A stretch of 64,000 bases of DNA. Source: Patescibacteria group bacterium. Lineage in GTDB: Bacteria; Patescibacteriota; Patescibacteriia; UBA9934. The notes under the pieces are model-generated. The model did no database searches and had not been told where the DNA came from. It worked only from the letters and a program-made list of their open reading frames with translations. The translations under genes and the position numbers were made by a program. Numbering within the stretch: position 1 is the stretch's first letter; the number at the start of each line of letters is the position of its first letter. The stretch lies in the NCBI GenBank assembly GCA_041666205.1, contig JBAYHI010000002.1, forward strand, positions 725 to 64,724, given 5' to 3'. Below, one piece after another: positions 51,556-61,405 of the stretch.

Positions 51556-53328
51556 TTATTCCAGCACCGCCTTAATTCGGCGTACACCAGAGGACGACGC
51601 TTCTTCTTTCAAAATCTTAAAGTGCCCGAGCTCTTTGGTGTTCGCCACATGAGGTCCGCCACAAATTTCTTTTGAGAAATCCCCTGCCGAATACACCTTC
51701 ACCTGATCGCCAACGGTTTTGTATTTCTCCTTGAACAGCCCAATGGCGCCGGATTTTTCTGCGTCCTCAACTGTCATGGTTTCACATTTCACCTCAAGGC
51801 CTCGCTCAATTTGCTCATTCACGATTTTTTCAACCTGCGCAATTTGCTCGGGCGTCATTTTTTCGCCGTGAGAGAAATCAAAGCGCAAGCGCTCAGCTGT
51901 AATATTTGATCCGCTTTGTGCAACGTGATCGCCCAAAACCATACGAAGTGCTTTGTGCAATAAATGCGTTGCTGTATGCAAACGAGTTGTCTCAACACCC
52001 GTATCGGCAAGTCCACCTTTGAATTTCTGCTCGGCTCCGCTCGAAGATAGTTGCTGATGCTTTTTGAATTCCGCTTCAAAAACTTCGTGATCAACCGCCT
52101 GTCCTTTTTCTCGCATGAGTTCCTCAGTGAGCTCTAATGGGAAGCCATACGTCGAGTACAAATCAAACGCTTCCACACCACCAACTGTGCCCTTCGCAAA
52201 GAATCGATCGAATTGCTTCAAGCCCTTCTCAAGCGTCTTCTCAAATTTCTCTTGCTCGGATCGAATCGTCAAAATGATTGATCCGGCTTCTGGAAGTGGG
52301 TACACGCCTTCGAAAAGTGGGATTACTGCGCTTGCGATTTTTCCAAGATTCATGGAATCGCTCGAAAGTCGATTGGCTTCACGCACGGCGCGACGAATAA
52401 GCCGACGCAAAATATAGCCCTGATCTTTGTTGGATGGTTTTACGCCGTCGGCAATCATCATGACGCTGGTGCGCACATGATCGGCAATCACGCGCATCGA
52501 TCGCGTCACATCGTCACTACTTCCGTATTTTTTCTGCGAAAGCTCTTCAATGACAGCGATAATTGAGATGAATGCATCTGTCTCAAACACATTCGACAAA
52601 TGATTGAGCGCTACGAGCGTTCGCTCGAGCCCCATCCCTGTATCAACGTTTTTTTGTTCGAGCAATTCGTACGACCCGTCAGCTTGCTTGGAAAACTGCA
52701 TGAAGACGTTATTCCAAATTTCCACCCAACGTTTATCAGACGGATCGTAAACCTCTGGCGCTGCCTCCGGCCCGGTCCAATAGAAAATTTCTGTGTCTGG
52801 CCCTTGTGGCCCTGGATGTTTTCCCCCTGCTGGCCACCAGTTATCGTCTTTGCCAAGACGCGCAATGCGAGCCTCTGGAATGCCGAGCTCATTCCAACGC
52901 TTGGATGATTCTTCATCAAATGGAGCATCCTCGTCGCCCTCAAAAACCGTCACAGCCAAATTCGTCGCGTCAATCCCCAACCATTCGGGCGAGGTTAAAA
53001 ATTCATAGCTCCACGCAATGGCATCTTGTTTGAAATAGTCTCCTAGCGACCAATTGCCAAGCATTTCAAAAAATGTGAGGTGCGTCGCATCGCCCACTTC
53101 ATCAATATCGCCTGTTCGAACGCACTTCTGAACATCAACCAAGCGTTTGCCCGCCGGATGTGGCTCGCCCAAAAGAAATGGCACAAGTGGGTGCATGCCA
53201 GCGGTTGTAAATAAAACAGATGGATCGTTTTCCGGCACGAGCGAGGCTGATGGGATTTCCACATGGCCCTTTGAGACGAAAAATTCAATGAATTTTTTGC
53301 GTAACTCGGAAGCTTCTATCATAGTCAT
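51556..53328 (-). CDS. alaS: Alanine--tRNA ligase (short form without C-Ala domain)
   Basis: LFTTAGM, TFFEMLGN, DTGMGLER, HTATHLL, EICGGPHV, GVRRIKA at the C-terminus. Confidence 0.97.
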   Translation of the reverse strand: MTMIEASELRKKFIEFFVSKGHVEIPSASLVPENDPSVLFTTAGMHPLVPFLLGEPHPAGKRLVDVQKCVRTGDIDEVGDATHLTFFEMLGNWSLGDYFKQDAIAWSYEFLTSPEWLGIDATNLAVTVFEGDEDAPFDEESSKRWNELGIPEARIARLGKDDNWWPAGGKHPGPQGPDTEIFYWTGPEAAPEVYDPSDKRWVEIWNNVFMQFSKQADGSYELLEQKNVDTGMGLERTLVALNHLSNVFETDAFISIIAVIEELSQKKYGSSDDVTRSMRVIADHVRTSVMMIADGVKPSNKDQGYILRRLIRRAVREANRLSSDSMNLGKIASAVIPLFEGVYPLPEAGSIILTIRSEQEKFEKTLEKGLKQFDRFFAKGTVGGVEAFDLYSTYGFPLELTEELMREKGQAVDHEVFEAEFKKHQQLSSSGAEQKFKGGLADTGVETTRLHTATHLLHKALRMVLGDHVAQSGSNITAERLRFDFSHGEKMTPEQIAQVEKIVNEQIERGLEVKCETMTVEDAEKSGAIGLFKEKYKTVGDQVKVYSAGDFSKEICGGPHVANTKELGHFKILKEEASSSGVRRIKAVLE

Positions 53329-53356
53329 GCAATCTTAGCGGGATTCAAAAGGAGAA

Positions 53357-54973
53357 TCAAGTATCAAGTTCGGTAACGATTGTTTCGGTTGGTTTTACTT
53401 TCTTGAGGAAGCGCCGGCGAATACTAGAGGCAAATTCAACAGCTTCTTCGCTACGAAGCAATAGCGCGATGATTCCGTAAACGAGAAGCCCACTGCAACC
53501 GGCAATGAGCGCTTGACCCAAGACGCCAAAAAATGTGTCCAGAGTAATGTATTGCACAATCCAATACTTTGCGACTTGTGTGACAATGGCCGCGAATAAT
53601 CCTGCGACGGAAAATTTGAGAAGCGACGTTAGAATATGTTTTTCGTTCAAGGTTCCTAGTCGCATGCGAAGCGGCATCCACAACAGTGCCATTTGCACCA
53701 TGGAAGAAATCGAGTAAGAAATGGCGAGCCCGACAACGCCATACATGGGCGCGAGCAAAACGCCAAGGACCACATTGAGGGCGGCTGCAAGCATCCCGAC
53801 CGTGAACGGCGTCCACGTATCGTGTTTTGCAAAGTAGGCACGCACGAGCACAAACACAATGGACTGGGCAAATAAACTCACCACGAAAAATGCGAGCGCA
53901 TTTGCGGTGTTGATTGTTGCTTCCCAATCAAATACCCCGGCGCCCAGAACAACGCGCACGATCTGCGCACGTAAAAGCAAAAACAAGATTGTTGCCGGCA
54001 CCAAGAACAAGAGCATCTGACGAATCGTGCGCGAAATCGTTTCGATGAAGGCATCACGCTGTTCGTGTGAGCTCAGTTCGCAAAGCGTTGGAAAAACCGC
54101 AATCGCGTAGGAAACTCCAATCACGCCGACTGTAAAATAATCGAGGTTTAATGCAAATTGGAAAATCGCAACCGATCCGACTGCTAAACTCGAGGCAAGC
54201 ACGGTCATGGCGATGGTGTTTACCTGTCCCACACCCAAACTCAAAACCCGCGGAAGCAAATGCACGGCCAAATACCGCGCGTCTTCTTTGCGCATGCGAA
54301 GGGTTGGATGGTATCGATATCCAATTGCATAAACACCAATCACTTGGAGCGCTAAGTGCAAGCCCGCCCCAATCATCACACCCCACGCAATTCCCATGGG
54401 CCCACACATTGGCACCAAATAGAGGATGCCGAAAATAATCCCAACGTTATAAAGCACGGGTGCCGCGGAATACAGGAAAAATCGTTTCACGCTTTGAAGC
54501 GCGGAACCAAAAACCATCGAAAGCGCCAAAAGAAATTGCGCTCCAAATAGATAGCGTGAAAATTCTGCAACAAGCAATTGCTTATCCGGTGAAAATCCTG
54601 GAGCGATCGCAACGGCAAGCGGTCCAGCAAAGAAAATGGCCACGAGCACCAGGAGCCCAAACGCGATGGCTATGTAATTCAAAACCGCATTGGTGAATTG
54701 CCACGCATGATGTTCTTCCCCGCTTTTTTGATAGTATTTTGTGAAAATCGGAATAAAACTTGCGGAGAGCGCGCCAACAATGATCAACTGGAACAGGAGA
54801 TCTGGAATTTTGAACGCGGCAAAATACGCGTCGAGCGTATCGCCTGCACCAAATGCGCCTGCCAAAATACGATCGCGAATAAATCCAACAAATCGCGACA
54901 ACACCGAAAAACTTCCGACCAAAATAGCGGCGCTTGTAATGGTGTTTGTCTTCAACTTAAATAGAGAAATCAT
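53357..54973 (-). CDS. murJ: Lipid II flippase MurJ
   Basis: SRFVGFIRD, AAFKIPD, GALSASFIP, AKHDTWTP. Confidence 0.94.
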   Translation of the reverse strand: MISLFKLKTNTITSAAILVGSFSVLSRFVGFIRDRILAGAFGAGDTLDAYFAAFKIPDLLFQLIIVGALSASFIPIFTKYYQKSGEEHHAWQFTNAVLNYIAIAFGLLVLVAIFFAGPLAVAIAPGFSPDKQLLVAEFSRYLFGAQFLLALSMVFGSALQSVKRFFLYSAAPVLYNVGIIFGILYLVPMCGPMGIAWGVMIGAGLHLALQVIGVYAIGYRYHPTLRMRKEDARYLAVHLLPRVLSLGVGQVNTIAMTVLASSLAVGSVAIFQFALNLDYFTVGVIGVSYAIAVFPTLCELSSHEQRDAFIETISRTIRQMLLFLVPATILFLLLRAQIVRVVLGAGVFDWEATINTANALAFFVVSLFAQSIVFVLVRAYFAKHDTWTPFTVGMLAAALNVVLGVLLAPMYGVVGLAISYSISSMVQMALLWMPLRMRLGTLNEKHILTSLLKFSVAGLFAAIVTQVAKYWIVQYITLDTFFGVLGQALIAGCSGLLVYGIIALLLRSEEAVEFASSIRRRFLKKVKPTETIVTELDT

Positions 54974-56127
54974 GCCTCCTTATCAGTTTTTTTTGTTTTT
55001 TTCCAGTCTCGTGAAAGAATCACTCCACCGATCAATCCGCCAAACAACAGAATCAAAACAATATCGACAATTGGATTCGCAAGATTGAAAAATGTAATCG
55101 CGACTTGCTGAGTTTCCGTGGTTGTCTCACCCGTAGACTTCGTGGCCGTTAGCGTAACGTCGTAGGTTCCGATTTTTGCATATGTATGTTCGGGCGCTGA
55201 CTCAACCGACGTTGCGCCGTCTCCAAAATCCCACAGAAGCGATGCGCCTTCTGTTTGTACCGCGTGAAACGCATACGTTTTCCATTTGAGTTGTTCGAAT
55301 GCAAACAAAGCCGTAGGAGAAACCGAAAGCACACTTTCGGACGCACGATCGGCAAGAAAAACGGGTTCTGCGGTTGGTTCTTCTGCATCAACAAATGATC
55401 GCGCAATCGCATCGACGATTTTGTTTTGTGGCGTTGGAGTTTTTATCGCAATGATTTCTGCTGGAGGCGGTGTTGGCACAACGACGATCACCTCTTTTTT
55501 TGTTTTAGCCGGGTCAAGCGGATAATAATCATCCGCGTCGTTCACGCCGTCGCTGTCGGAATCAACATTGGTTGAGTTGGTGCCCTCTTCTGCTTCAACC
55601 GCATCGCTCACGCCGTCATTATCATCGTCGTCGTCGCACGCATCGCCTTTGCCATCCTTATCCGTATCGAGTTGATTAGCGTTTGCTGTGTTTTTGCAGT
55701 TGTCGACATTGTCTTCAACGCTATCACGGTCATCGTCAACAATGGGGTGGAATAGTGTTGTGAGAACCGTATCGTTTGCAGAATTTGTATCACCTGGATT
55801 CTGGCCCTTTAGTTCCGCGCGAATATTAAAATCCGCATACGGCACCGTAAAATCAATCCACACCTCATCTTTTGCGCCCCCGGTTGGCACAGTTACCACC
55901 TGACTTTCGCCAAGAGGGGAAGAACTCATAAAGAAAAACACGTACCCTGATGTGTCAACATCACCAAGGTTTCGAACAGACGCGTAAATGCGAACTGTAT
56001 CACCCGAAACAAGCGGACTTTTTGAAAATCGAATGTCGCCTGCCGTGAGGCCCAAATCCGGGCTAGACGCCAGGGCCGGCGAGGCTACAAGGAGAAGCGA
56101 AAGGAGTGGAAAAATAAATCGCCACAT
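54970..56127 (-). CDS. Secreted, C-terminally anchored protein with CARDB-like, thrombospondin type-3 and PKD domains
   Basis: Signal peptide; DNCKNTANANQLDTDKDGKGDACDDDDDNDG; WDFGDG...HTY...GTYDVTLT; C-terminal TM. Confidence 0.85.
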   Translation of the reverse strand: MWRFIFPLLSLLLVASPALASSPDLGLTAGDIRFSKSPLVSGDTVRIYASVRNLGDVDTSGYVFFFMSSSPLGESQVVTVPTGGAKDEVWIDFTVPYADFNIRAELKGQNPGDTNSANDTVLTTLFHPIVDDDRDSVEDNVDNCKNTANANQLDTDKDGKGDACDDDDDNDGVSDAVEAEEGTNSTNVDSDSDGVNDADDYYPLDPAKTKKEVIVVVPTPPPAEIIAIKTPTPQNKIVDAIARSFVDAEEPTAEPVFLADRASESVLSVSPTALFAFEQLKWKTYAFHAVQTEGASLLWDFGDGATSVESAPEHTYAKIGTYDVTLTATKSTGETTTETQQVAITFFNLANPIVDIVLILLFGGLIGGVILSRDWKKTKKTDKEA

Positions 56128-56131
56128 ATGC

Positions 56132-56725
56132 TTAAATTGTACAGAGTCCACTGGAAAAGCGAAGTCGTGCATGTGCAGAACGAGAAATCCAGAGCCGCGA
56201 GGCAACATCTTCACGAATTTCAACACGCAGTCGATACGTTGGATGCACGCGCACGGTAACGCCCTCAATGGTTTGCCCCGGCTCCTCAACGGTTTCAATC
56301 GCGATCGTTTCCCCTTGATGAATCCCAAGCGATTGCGCTTCATCGGGCGAACAAAATAGATGAGCCGTTGGAATGATGGCGCCATGGGCGAGTTTGAGCT
56401 CTCCATGCGGTCCACGGAGCGTGCACGACCCTGCCATGAGCAAATCCCCGCTTGGCGACTCGGGCGCATCGATTCCCAAATAGTCCGCTTCAAGTGCTGT
56501 GAGTTCAATGTGACTTTCTTTCCAGTTTGGTCCCATCACCCGGAGATGCAAACTGCGTTTGTGCGTCCCCAAGACCTCGACGGTTTCCTCGTACACGAGT
56601 TGCCCGCTTTGCGTATGTGGAGCGTGAATCGTCATGGGATGTCCAATGCCAAACAAGGTCGCCTGATCTTCGGCGGAGAGATAAACGTGCGAAGGCACAA
56701 CATCAATAGGAATCGGGCGTGACAT
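56132..56725 (-). CDS. pduL: PduL-family phosphate acyltransferase homolog (degenerate active site)
   Basis: Colinear with PduL: HVYLS..D..LFG, QSGQ..EETV, RVMGP, LGIDAP..SGDL, GPHGEL, VRV. Confidence 0.8.
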   Translation of the reverse strand: MSRPIPIDVVPSHVYLSAEDQATLFGIGHPMTIHAPHTQSGQLVYEETVEVLGTHKRSLHLRVMGPNWKESHIELTALEADYLGIDAPESPSGDLLMAGSCTLRGPHGELKLAHGAIIPTAHLFCSPDEAQSLGIHQGETIAIETVEEPGQTIEGVTVRVHPTYRLRVEIREDVASRLWISRSAHARLRFSSGLCTI

Positions 56726-56727
56726 GA

Positions 56728-57438
56728 TTATTTTTTAGAATAGCCAAAGCCGTATTTGAATTTATCGTGTTTGATGGGGCCAATAAACATAATGTGAAAT
56801 TCGCCGAGCAAATATTTAACCGCAATATTCAATCGCCCATCTCGATTAAACCGTCTCACAGAAACCGGAATACGAATACCTCGAAGCATTTGGAATTTTC
56901 CAATTTTTCCAGCGCGCCAAGCATAATCATGATCCTCGGCGAGTTTCACCTCTTCATCGAATCCATGAATTTTCTCGTGTAGAGATTTTTTCACGATAAT
57001 GAAAAACCCGGCAGCGTGCGGATGAATGCGTTCAAGCAGAATCGCGTAGAGGTTATAAATTTCGTGAAACACCTTATCGATCGTATTCCCATTAATTGGA
57101 AGCACGAACGCTGATCCAATATCGAGCCCTTGTTTTTTGAATTGTGTGATGGTTTTTTGCAAAAACTCCGGATCTTGCAGCACGACATCTGCATCGAGAA
57201 ATAAAATGAGTTCCCCGGTTGCAGCTTTTGCTCCACGGTTTCGACCCGGACCCGGCATCCCGCCATCCACAACAATCGCCCCGGCTCTTTTTGCAATCTC
57301 GCGTGTATGATCGGTTGATTTTGCGTCGGCAACAATCACTTCTTTTGGCTGGACGGTCTGTGCTTTAATGGAATCCAAGAGAAACGGTAAATAATCTTCC
57401 TCGTTTTTCGTAGGAATAACAATTGAAAGTGTCGACAT
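56728..57438 (-). CDS. Glycosyltransferase family 2
   Basis: SIVIPTKNEE, GRNRGA, FLDAD, GFDE...AEDHD, SVRRF. Confidence 0.9.
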   Translation of the reverse strand: MSTLSIVIPTKNEEDYLPFLLDSIKAQTVQPKEVIVADAKSTDHTREIAKRAGAIVVDGGMPGPGRNRGAKAATGELILFLDADVVLQDPEFLQKTITQFKKQGLDIGSAFVLPINGNTIDKVFHEIYNLYAILLERIHPHAAGFFIIVKKSLHEKIHGFDEEVKLAEDHDYAWRAGKIGKFQMLRGIRIPVSVRRFNRDGRLNIAVKYLLGEFHIMFIGPIKHDKFKYGFGYSKK

Positions 57439-57457
57439 AGATGATGCTAGTATAGCA

Positions 57458-57892
57458 CTAATTAGAGCGTAGGAGGTACATGGCGATTCCGCTTGCAACC
57501 GAAACGTTGAGAGAACGTTTTTTATCCATGGGGATTTCCAAAAGTCCGTCGAGCGTTTCGCAAACTGTTTTTTCAATCCCTTCCACTTCATTTCCAAGCA
57601 CAAGCGCAATGTTCCCCTGAATGCTTTGCGTGATGTCGTTTGCATCTGGTCCGGTCTCGAGCCCATAGACCCGAAATCCATTTGCTCGACACTCCGCAAT
57701 CGCTTCATCGATGGATTTTTGTTCCCACGGCACCAGCAATTCCCCACCAAGCGCCACCTTGGCAATTTCTTTTCGGGGAGGGATTGCCGTATAGCCCGTA
57801 AGGTACAATTTTTCAATTCCAAACGCAGCCGCATTTCGAAAAATCGATCCAACATTGTGAAGGCTTCGAATATTATGTGCGATGATAATCAT
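57458..57892 (-). CDS. TrmH/SpoU family RNA methyltransferase
   Basis: NIRSLHNVGSIFR, LGNEVEGI, IPM...SLNVSVA. Confidence 0.93.
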   Translation of the reverse strand: MIIIAHNIRSLHNVGSIFRNAAAFGIEKLYLTGYTAIPPRKEIAKVALGGELLVPWEQKSIDEAIAECRANGFRVYGLETGPDANDITQSIQGNIALVLGNEVEGIEKTVCETLDGLLEIPMDKKRSLNVSVASGIAMYLLRSN

Positions 57893-58326
57893 AGGATACG
57901 TAAATCTTCGTTGAGAATAATGGGTTTCATGCCAAGAATTTCTTCTTTGCAATTCATCTCTGGGATTTTGAATAAGAAATAGATCGGCTTTTTCAAAAAC
58001 ATCGCGACGCCCATTTCAATAAGCGTATTGCACCCAACATATCCTTCGATGTCGCTCTTCTTATAATTCGCAACCAAAATTGCATCAGACCATTCGATTT
58101 TTTCAAAGTGAATTTGCATGGCAATTTCTTTTTTGTCCCAAACCCATTGATCGTTCGTATTTGATTTTCGAATTTTGTAATATTCACGAACGTCAATCAG
58201 TTTTCCATGTTCATCGGGAACCTGGGTCGGTGGCATCGCGACCACGTGACCACGTGCCTCGAGTTTTGATTTAAGCGCGAGGAGTTCATCGAAAAACGCA
58301 ATGCTCCCACAGATGCAAATTTTCAT
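57889..58326 (-). CDS. Nucleoside 2-deoxyribosyltransferase-like protein
   Basis: ICICGS, HFEKIEWSDAILVAN, GYVGCNTLIEMGVA..LKKPIY. Confidence 0.55.
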   Translation of the reverse strand: MKICICGSIAFFDELLALKSKLEARGHVVAMPPTQVPDEHGKLIDVREYYKIRKSNTNDQWVWDKKEIAMQIHFEKIEWSDAILVANYKKSDIEGYVGCNTLIEMGVAMFLKKPIYFLFKIPEMNCKEEILGMKPIILNEDLRIL

Positions 58327-58327
58327 A

Positions 58328-58840
58328 TTAGTGTTTTGCGTAATGCGCGAGTAAATCCTGTCGACGCCACGGTTTGGCATCTTCTTCGGAAAATCCAAGC
58401 TTCCGAACCCAAACAAAAATGAGTTCTTCGCTTTGCGCTTCGATTTCAAGAAACGTTGGAATACCGGAAATAGAATCGAGTTCAAATGAAACGCCTTCAA
58501 GCTTCCAACTTGCTCGGTGCTTTTGATATGATTTCGTTTCACGCAAGCCTGATGCCTTGAGAATCTGTCGCATCACCTCGAAATTTGAAACCGTCACTTC
58601 GGTTTCTTCCGCGACCTTGATGCGCGTCTGGTTTGTCGTCTTCTTCATCGTCAGTTCGGCCGACATTCCTTTTGATCGAAGCCGTAGGGCAATCTTTTGT
58701 TTGTCGAGTCTCCCATCCGGGAAGTCAAAAAAGACCACGTCCATGGTGCCGTCAAACGCACAAATTGCACCCAAGCGTTCAAGCTCCTGCGTGATTTTTA
58801 TTGCGTTTACTTCCAAAATCTTTACCTCAAGCTCTGACAT
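58328..58840 (-). CDS. CYTH domain protein (class IV adenylate cyclase / triphosphate tunnel family)
   Basis: ELEVK, LRLR, EETEV, KHR, FLEIEA. Confidence 0.88.
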   Translation of the reverse strand: MSELEVKILEVNAIKITQELERLGAICAFDGTMDVVFFDFPDGRLDKQKIALRLRSKGMSAELTMKKTTNQTRIKVAEETEVTVSNFEVMRQILKASGLRETKSYQKHRASWKLEGVSFELDSISGIPTFLEIEAQSEELIFVWVRKLGFSEEDAKPWRRQDLLAHYAKH

Positions 58841-58896
58841 ATTGCAAAATGCTTCTTTTTGGCTTATGCTACCATCTTAATGTAATCCACATCAAT

Positions 58897-59748
58897 ATGA
58901 AATCAGGATTCGCCGTCCTCGTGGGACGATCAAACGTCGGAAAATCAACGCTTCTCAATACCCTGGTTGGCACAAAAGTCGCCATTACCACACCAAAACC
59001 ACAAACCACACGCCACCCGGTACAAGGAATTGTTACCAAGGCTGACGGTCAAATCGTTTTTGTGGACACGCCTGGGTTCATGCAAAAATCCGGCGACCCG
59101 CTCACCAAAAAACTCACGCACTACATCACGCAATCGTTGCAAGATATTGATGTGGTGATTTACGTTGTGGACCCAACGCGAGAAATTGGCGACGAGGAAA
59201 AAAAGATGCTCCAGATTGTGCGTGGCACGGAAAAGCCAACGCTCATGGTCATTAATAAAATGGACGATAAGGTTGCGGCAAAATATGCGGATTTTTATCG
59301 TGACCTTTCGAAAGATTTTGATGAGACCGTGGAAGTCTCGGCGCTCACCGGCTTCAATGTTGATTTGATTGTTCGTTGGATTTTGAAACACTTACCAGAA
59401 GGAGAACTTCTTTTCCCTGCCGAGCAATTCACAAACCTCACAACCGAAGAGCGCGTCGCAGAAGTCATTCGCGAAAAACTGTTCTTGCGACTGCGCGAAG
59501 AAGTTCCGTATTCTGTTTCTGTTCAGGTGGAAGAAATTGTTGAACGACCCGATGGCACCATCTACATTAAAGCCGTAATTTTCACGAGCGAAAAACGCTA
59601 CGAACGCATGATTGTGGGCCGGGGTGGACAAGGCATTAAAGAAATCGGCCAATCCACACGTCGTGAATTGCAAACGATCAGCGACAAAAAGATTTATCTT
59701 GATTTGCGCGTTGAAACCGATGAATATTGGGTGGAGCGCATGGAATAA
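58897..59748 (+). CDS. era: GTPase Era
   Basis: GRSNVGKST, KPQTTR, DTPG, NKMD, EEVPY, KH domain VGRGG. Confidence 0.97.
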   Translation: MKSGFAVLVGRSNVGKSTLLNTLVGTKVAITTPKPQTTRHPVQGIVTKADGQIVFVDTPGFMQKSGDPLTKKLTHYITQSLQDIDVVIYVVDPTREIGDEEKKMLQIVRGTEKPTLMVINKMDDKVAAKYADFYRDLSKDFDETVEVSALTGFNVDLIVRWILKHLPEGELLFPAEQFTNLTTEERVAEVIREKLFLRLREEVPYSVSVQVEEIVERPDGTIYIKAVIFTSEKRYERMIVGRGGQGIKEIGQSTRRELQTISDKKIYLDLRVETDEYWVERME

Positions 59749-59749
59749 T

Positions 59750-60328
59750 ATGACAGCATCTCGCTACGAATCCTTGGCGCTCGTTTTACTCCTCGCTTCA
59801 CTGGGATGCATTCTCCTTGTTGGGAATCGCTTGCACGCGGCGTTTGCCGGAGGCGACGGATACAAAACGCATACCTGCGCCATGTCGGAGAACGAAATTT
59901 TTTGTCGCGGACAAATCATTAGCACCATGGAAGGCCATCTCGCATCTCCACTTGAATTAACGATCGGTGATGCACAATTATTTTTAGATCAAAATACGGA
60001 AGTTGAACTAATCGATGGTCGTCCAGGTCAAGAAACAATCTCCCTCATTCAGGGTCGCGTCGTCATCAAAGGGAATCTTAACGTTTCCATTCGCGATATG
60101 AAGATCAACGTGGACGGCACTACATCCCTTGTCCACTATAGCTGGATGGATTTGCTCGACATTTCCTCCATCGCAGGAACAACGACAATTGCTGAAGACG
60201 ACGAGACAATCGACGCAAGCCTCAAATCGATTCAAACCTCAACACTTCCTCCATACAATTCAAAAGAAGTCCGCTTTAGCGCCAGTGAGTCAAGCGCGGC
60301 GGATTTTTACAATGCGGTCCTAAAATAA
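59750..60328 (+). CDS. Hypothetical exported protein (possible FecR-like domain)
   Basis: N-terminal TM; LDQNTEVEL...ISLIQGRV beta-rich segment. Confidence 0.6.
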   Translation: MTASRYESLALVLLLASLGCILLVGNRLHAAFAGGDGYKTHTCAMSENEIFCRGQIISTMEGHLASPLELTIGDAQLFLDQNTEVELIDGRPGQETISLIQGRVVIKGNLNVSIRDMKINVDGTTSLVHYSWMDLLDISSIAGTTTIAEDDETIDASLKSIQTSTLPPYNSKEVRFSASESSAADFYNAVLK

Positions 60329-60384
60329 AACGACCTCGGCTGCGACGCGTGTCGCGAACCGAGGCAGTCTCCACGTGGCGCTCG

Positions 60385-60831
60385 TCAATCCGACTCCACA
60401 TAGTAGACCGGAGCACCTTCTTCCGTTTCCCTTACCTTAACGAGGATTGTCCGCCCGTCCGGGGTTTCGAATTTGCATTCCGTGGGTGGGAGCCCATCAA
60501 ACCAGCGGTCGAGCGCGCGGTAAAGAAACCCGCCCAACATCTCCTGGTGCCACTGTGCTTCTCTGTACCGCTTGCAGAGCTCGGCGTGCTCCTGCGCTCG
60601 AGCACGCTGGGAAGAATCCGCGTGTGCCAGTTGATCAAGAAGGATATCGCAGACTACTCTGCTCGTCTTCAGAGCGAACTCTTTCTGTTTGAGCAAACGT
60701 CGGAACTTCATCGACTTCCGAATGGAATGGACGATCAACGCAAGCGAGGTAAGCGAGAGACAAACAAGAAGCACGTTTGAAATCGCCTGCTCGTGGGCCT
60801 GAACAAACGAAATGATGACGTAGGAATTCAC
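60385..60831 (-). CDS. Hypothetical protein with N-terminal TM (ORFan-like)
   Basis: 148-aa ORF, GTG start with GGAGG SD, upstream TTGACC-17-TAATTT, downstream GC hairpin. Confidence 0.6.
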   Translation of the reverse strand: MNSYVIISFVQAHEQAISNVLLVCLSLTSLALIVHSIRKSMKFRRLLKQKEFALKTSRVVCDILLDQLAHADSSQRARAQEHAELCKRYREAQWHQEMLGGFLYRALDRWFDGLPPTECKFETPDGRTILVKVRETEEGAPVYYVESD

Positions 60832-60925
60832 GGGAACCTCCGCTTGAAAAGCGATTCGAAATTAACATAAAAAACCCGATAGGTCAATCCCCATCGGTGT
60901 TTTTCAATTCCCGGAATCGGATAAT

Positions 60926-60953
60926 GTAGGGAACAATAATTATTGTTCCCTAC
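60926..60953. repeat. Perfect 28-bp GTAG-type REP palindrome overlapping the VKOR stop codon
   Basis: gtagggaacaataa|ttattgttccctac. Confidence 0.85.
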
Positions 60954-61405
60954 GATGATGTCATCGTTTGTTTTTGATCAATCGCCCGCAACCACAGCAC
61001 GAGCCCCAAAATAAGGGCAATACAAATTTGTGAGGTGATGCAAACCACGCACCAGGTGTGAAGCACAAATGCCTCGATACTTGAAAGATATAAACTAAAT
61101 CCCATGCCAACGATTGCCATTGAACCTGCAAGCGTCGCCAATAATTCATTTGCCTTTTTCCAAATGAGCCCAGCGAAAACTAAAAATCCAGCGTATGCCA
61201 TTGCTCCAAGCCCGGCCACGGGAAATCCCACGATGGTTGCATATTTGCTCGTATTCACCACATTGCAGTTGAAGTGCTCGCCGAGTTCGCAAAATCCATA
61301 CAAATCTGTATTCCAATGCGCGGCTGTGGAGAATAATGCCGCCGTAAGGCCAATCGTGCTCACAATAGTGAGCGCAAGGATGATTCCTTTTCGTTTATTC
61401 AACAT
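60950..61405 (-). CDS. Vitamin K epoxide reductase family protein
   Basis: FCELGEHFNCNVVNTSKYA, GFPVAGLG, WCVVC. Confidence 0.9.
   Translation of the reverse strand: MLNKRKGIILALTIVSTIGLTAALFSTAAHWNTDLYGFCELGEHFNCNVVNTSKYATIVGFPVAGLGAMAYAGFLVFAGLIWKKANELLATLAGSMAIVGMGFSLYLSSIEAFVLHTWCVVCITSQICIALILGLVLWLRAIDQKQTMTSS

Noticed and set aside
55520-55740. Low-complexity TCG/TCA repeats
   Set aside because: Explained by Asp-rich thrombospondin type-3 repeats in the encoded protein
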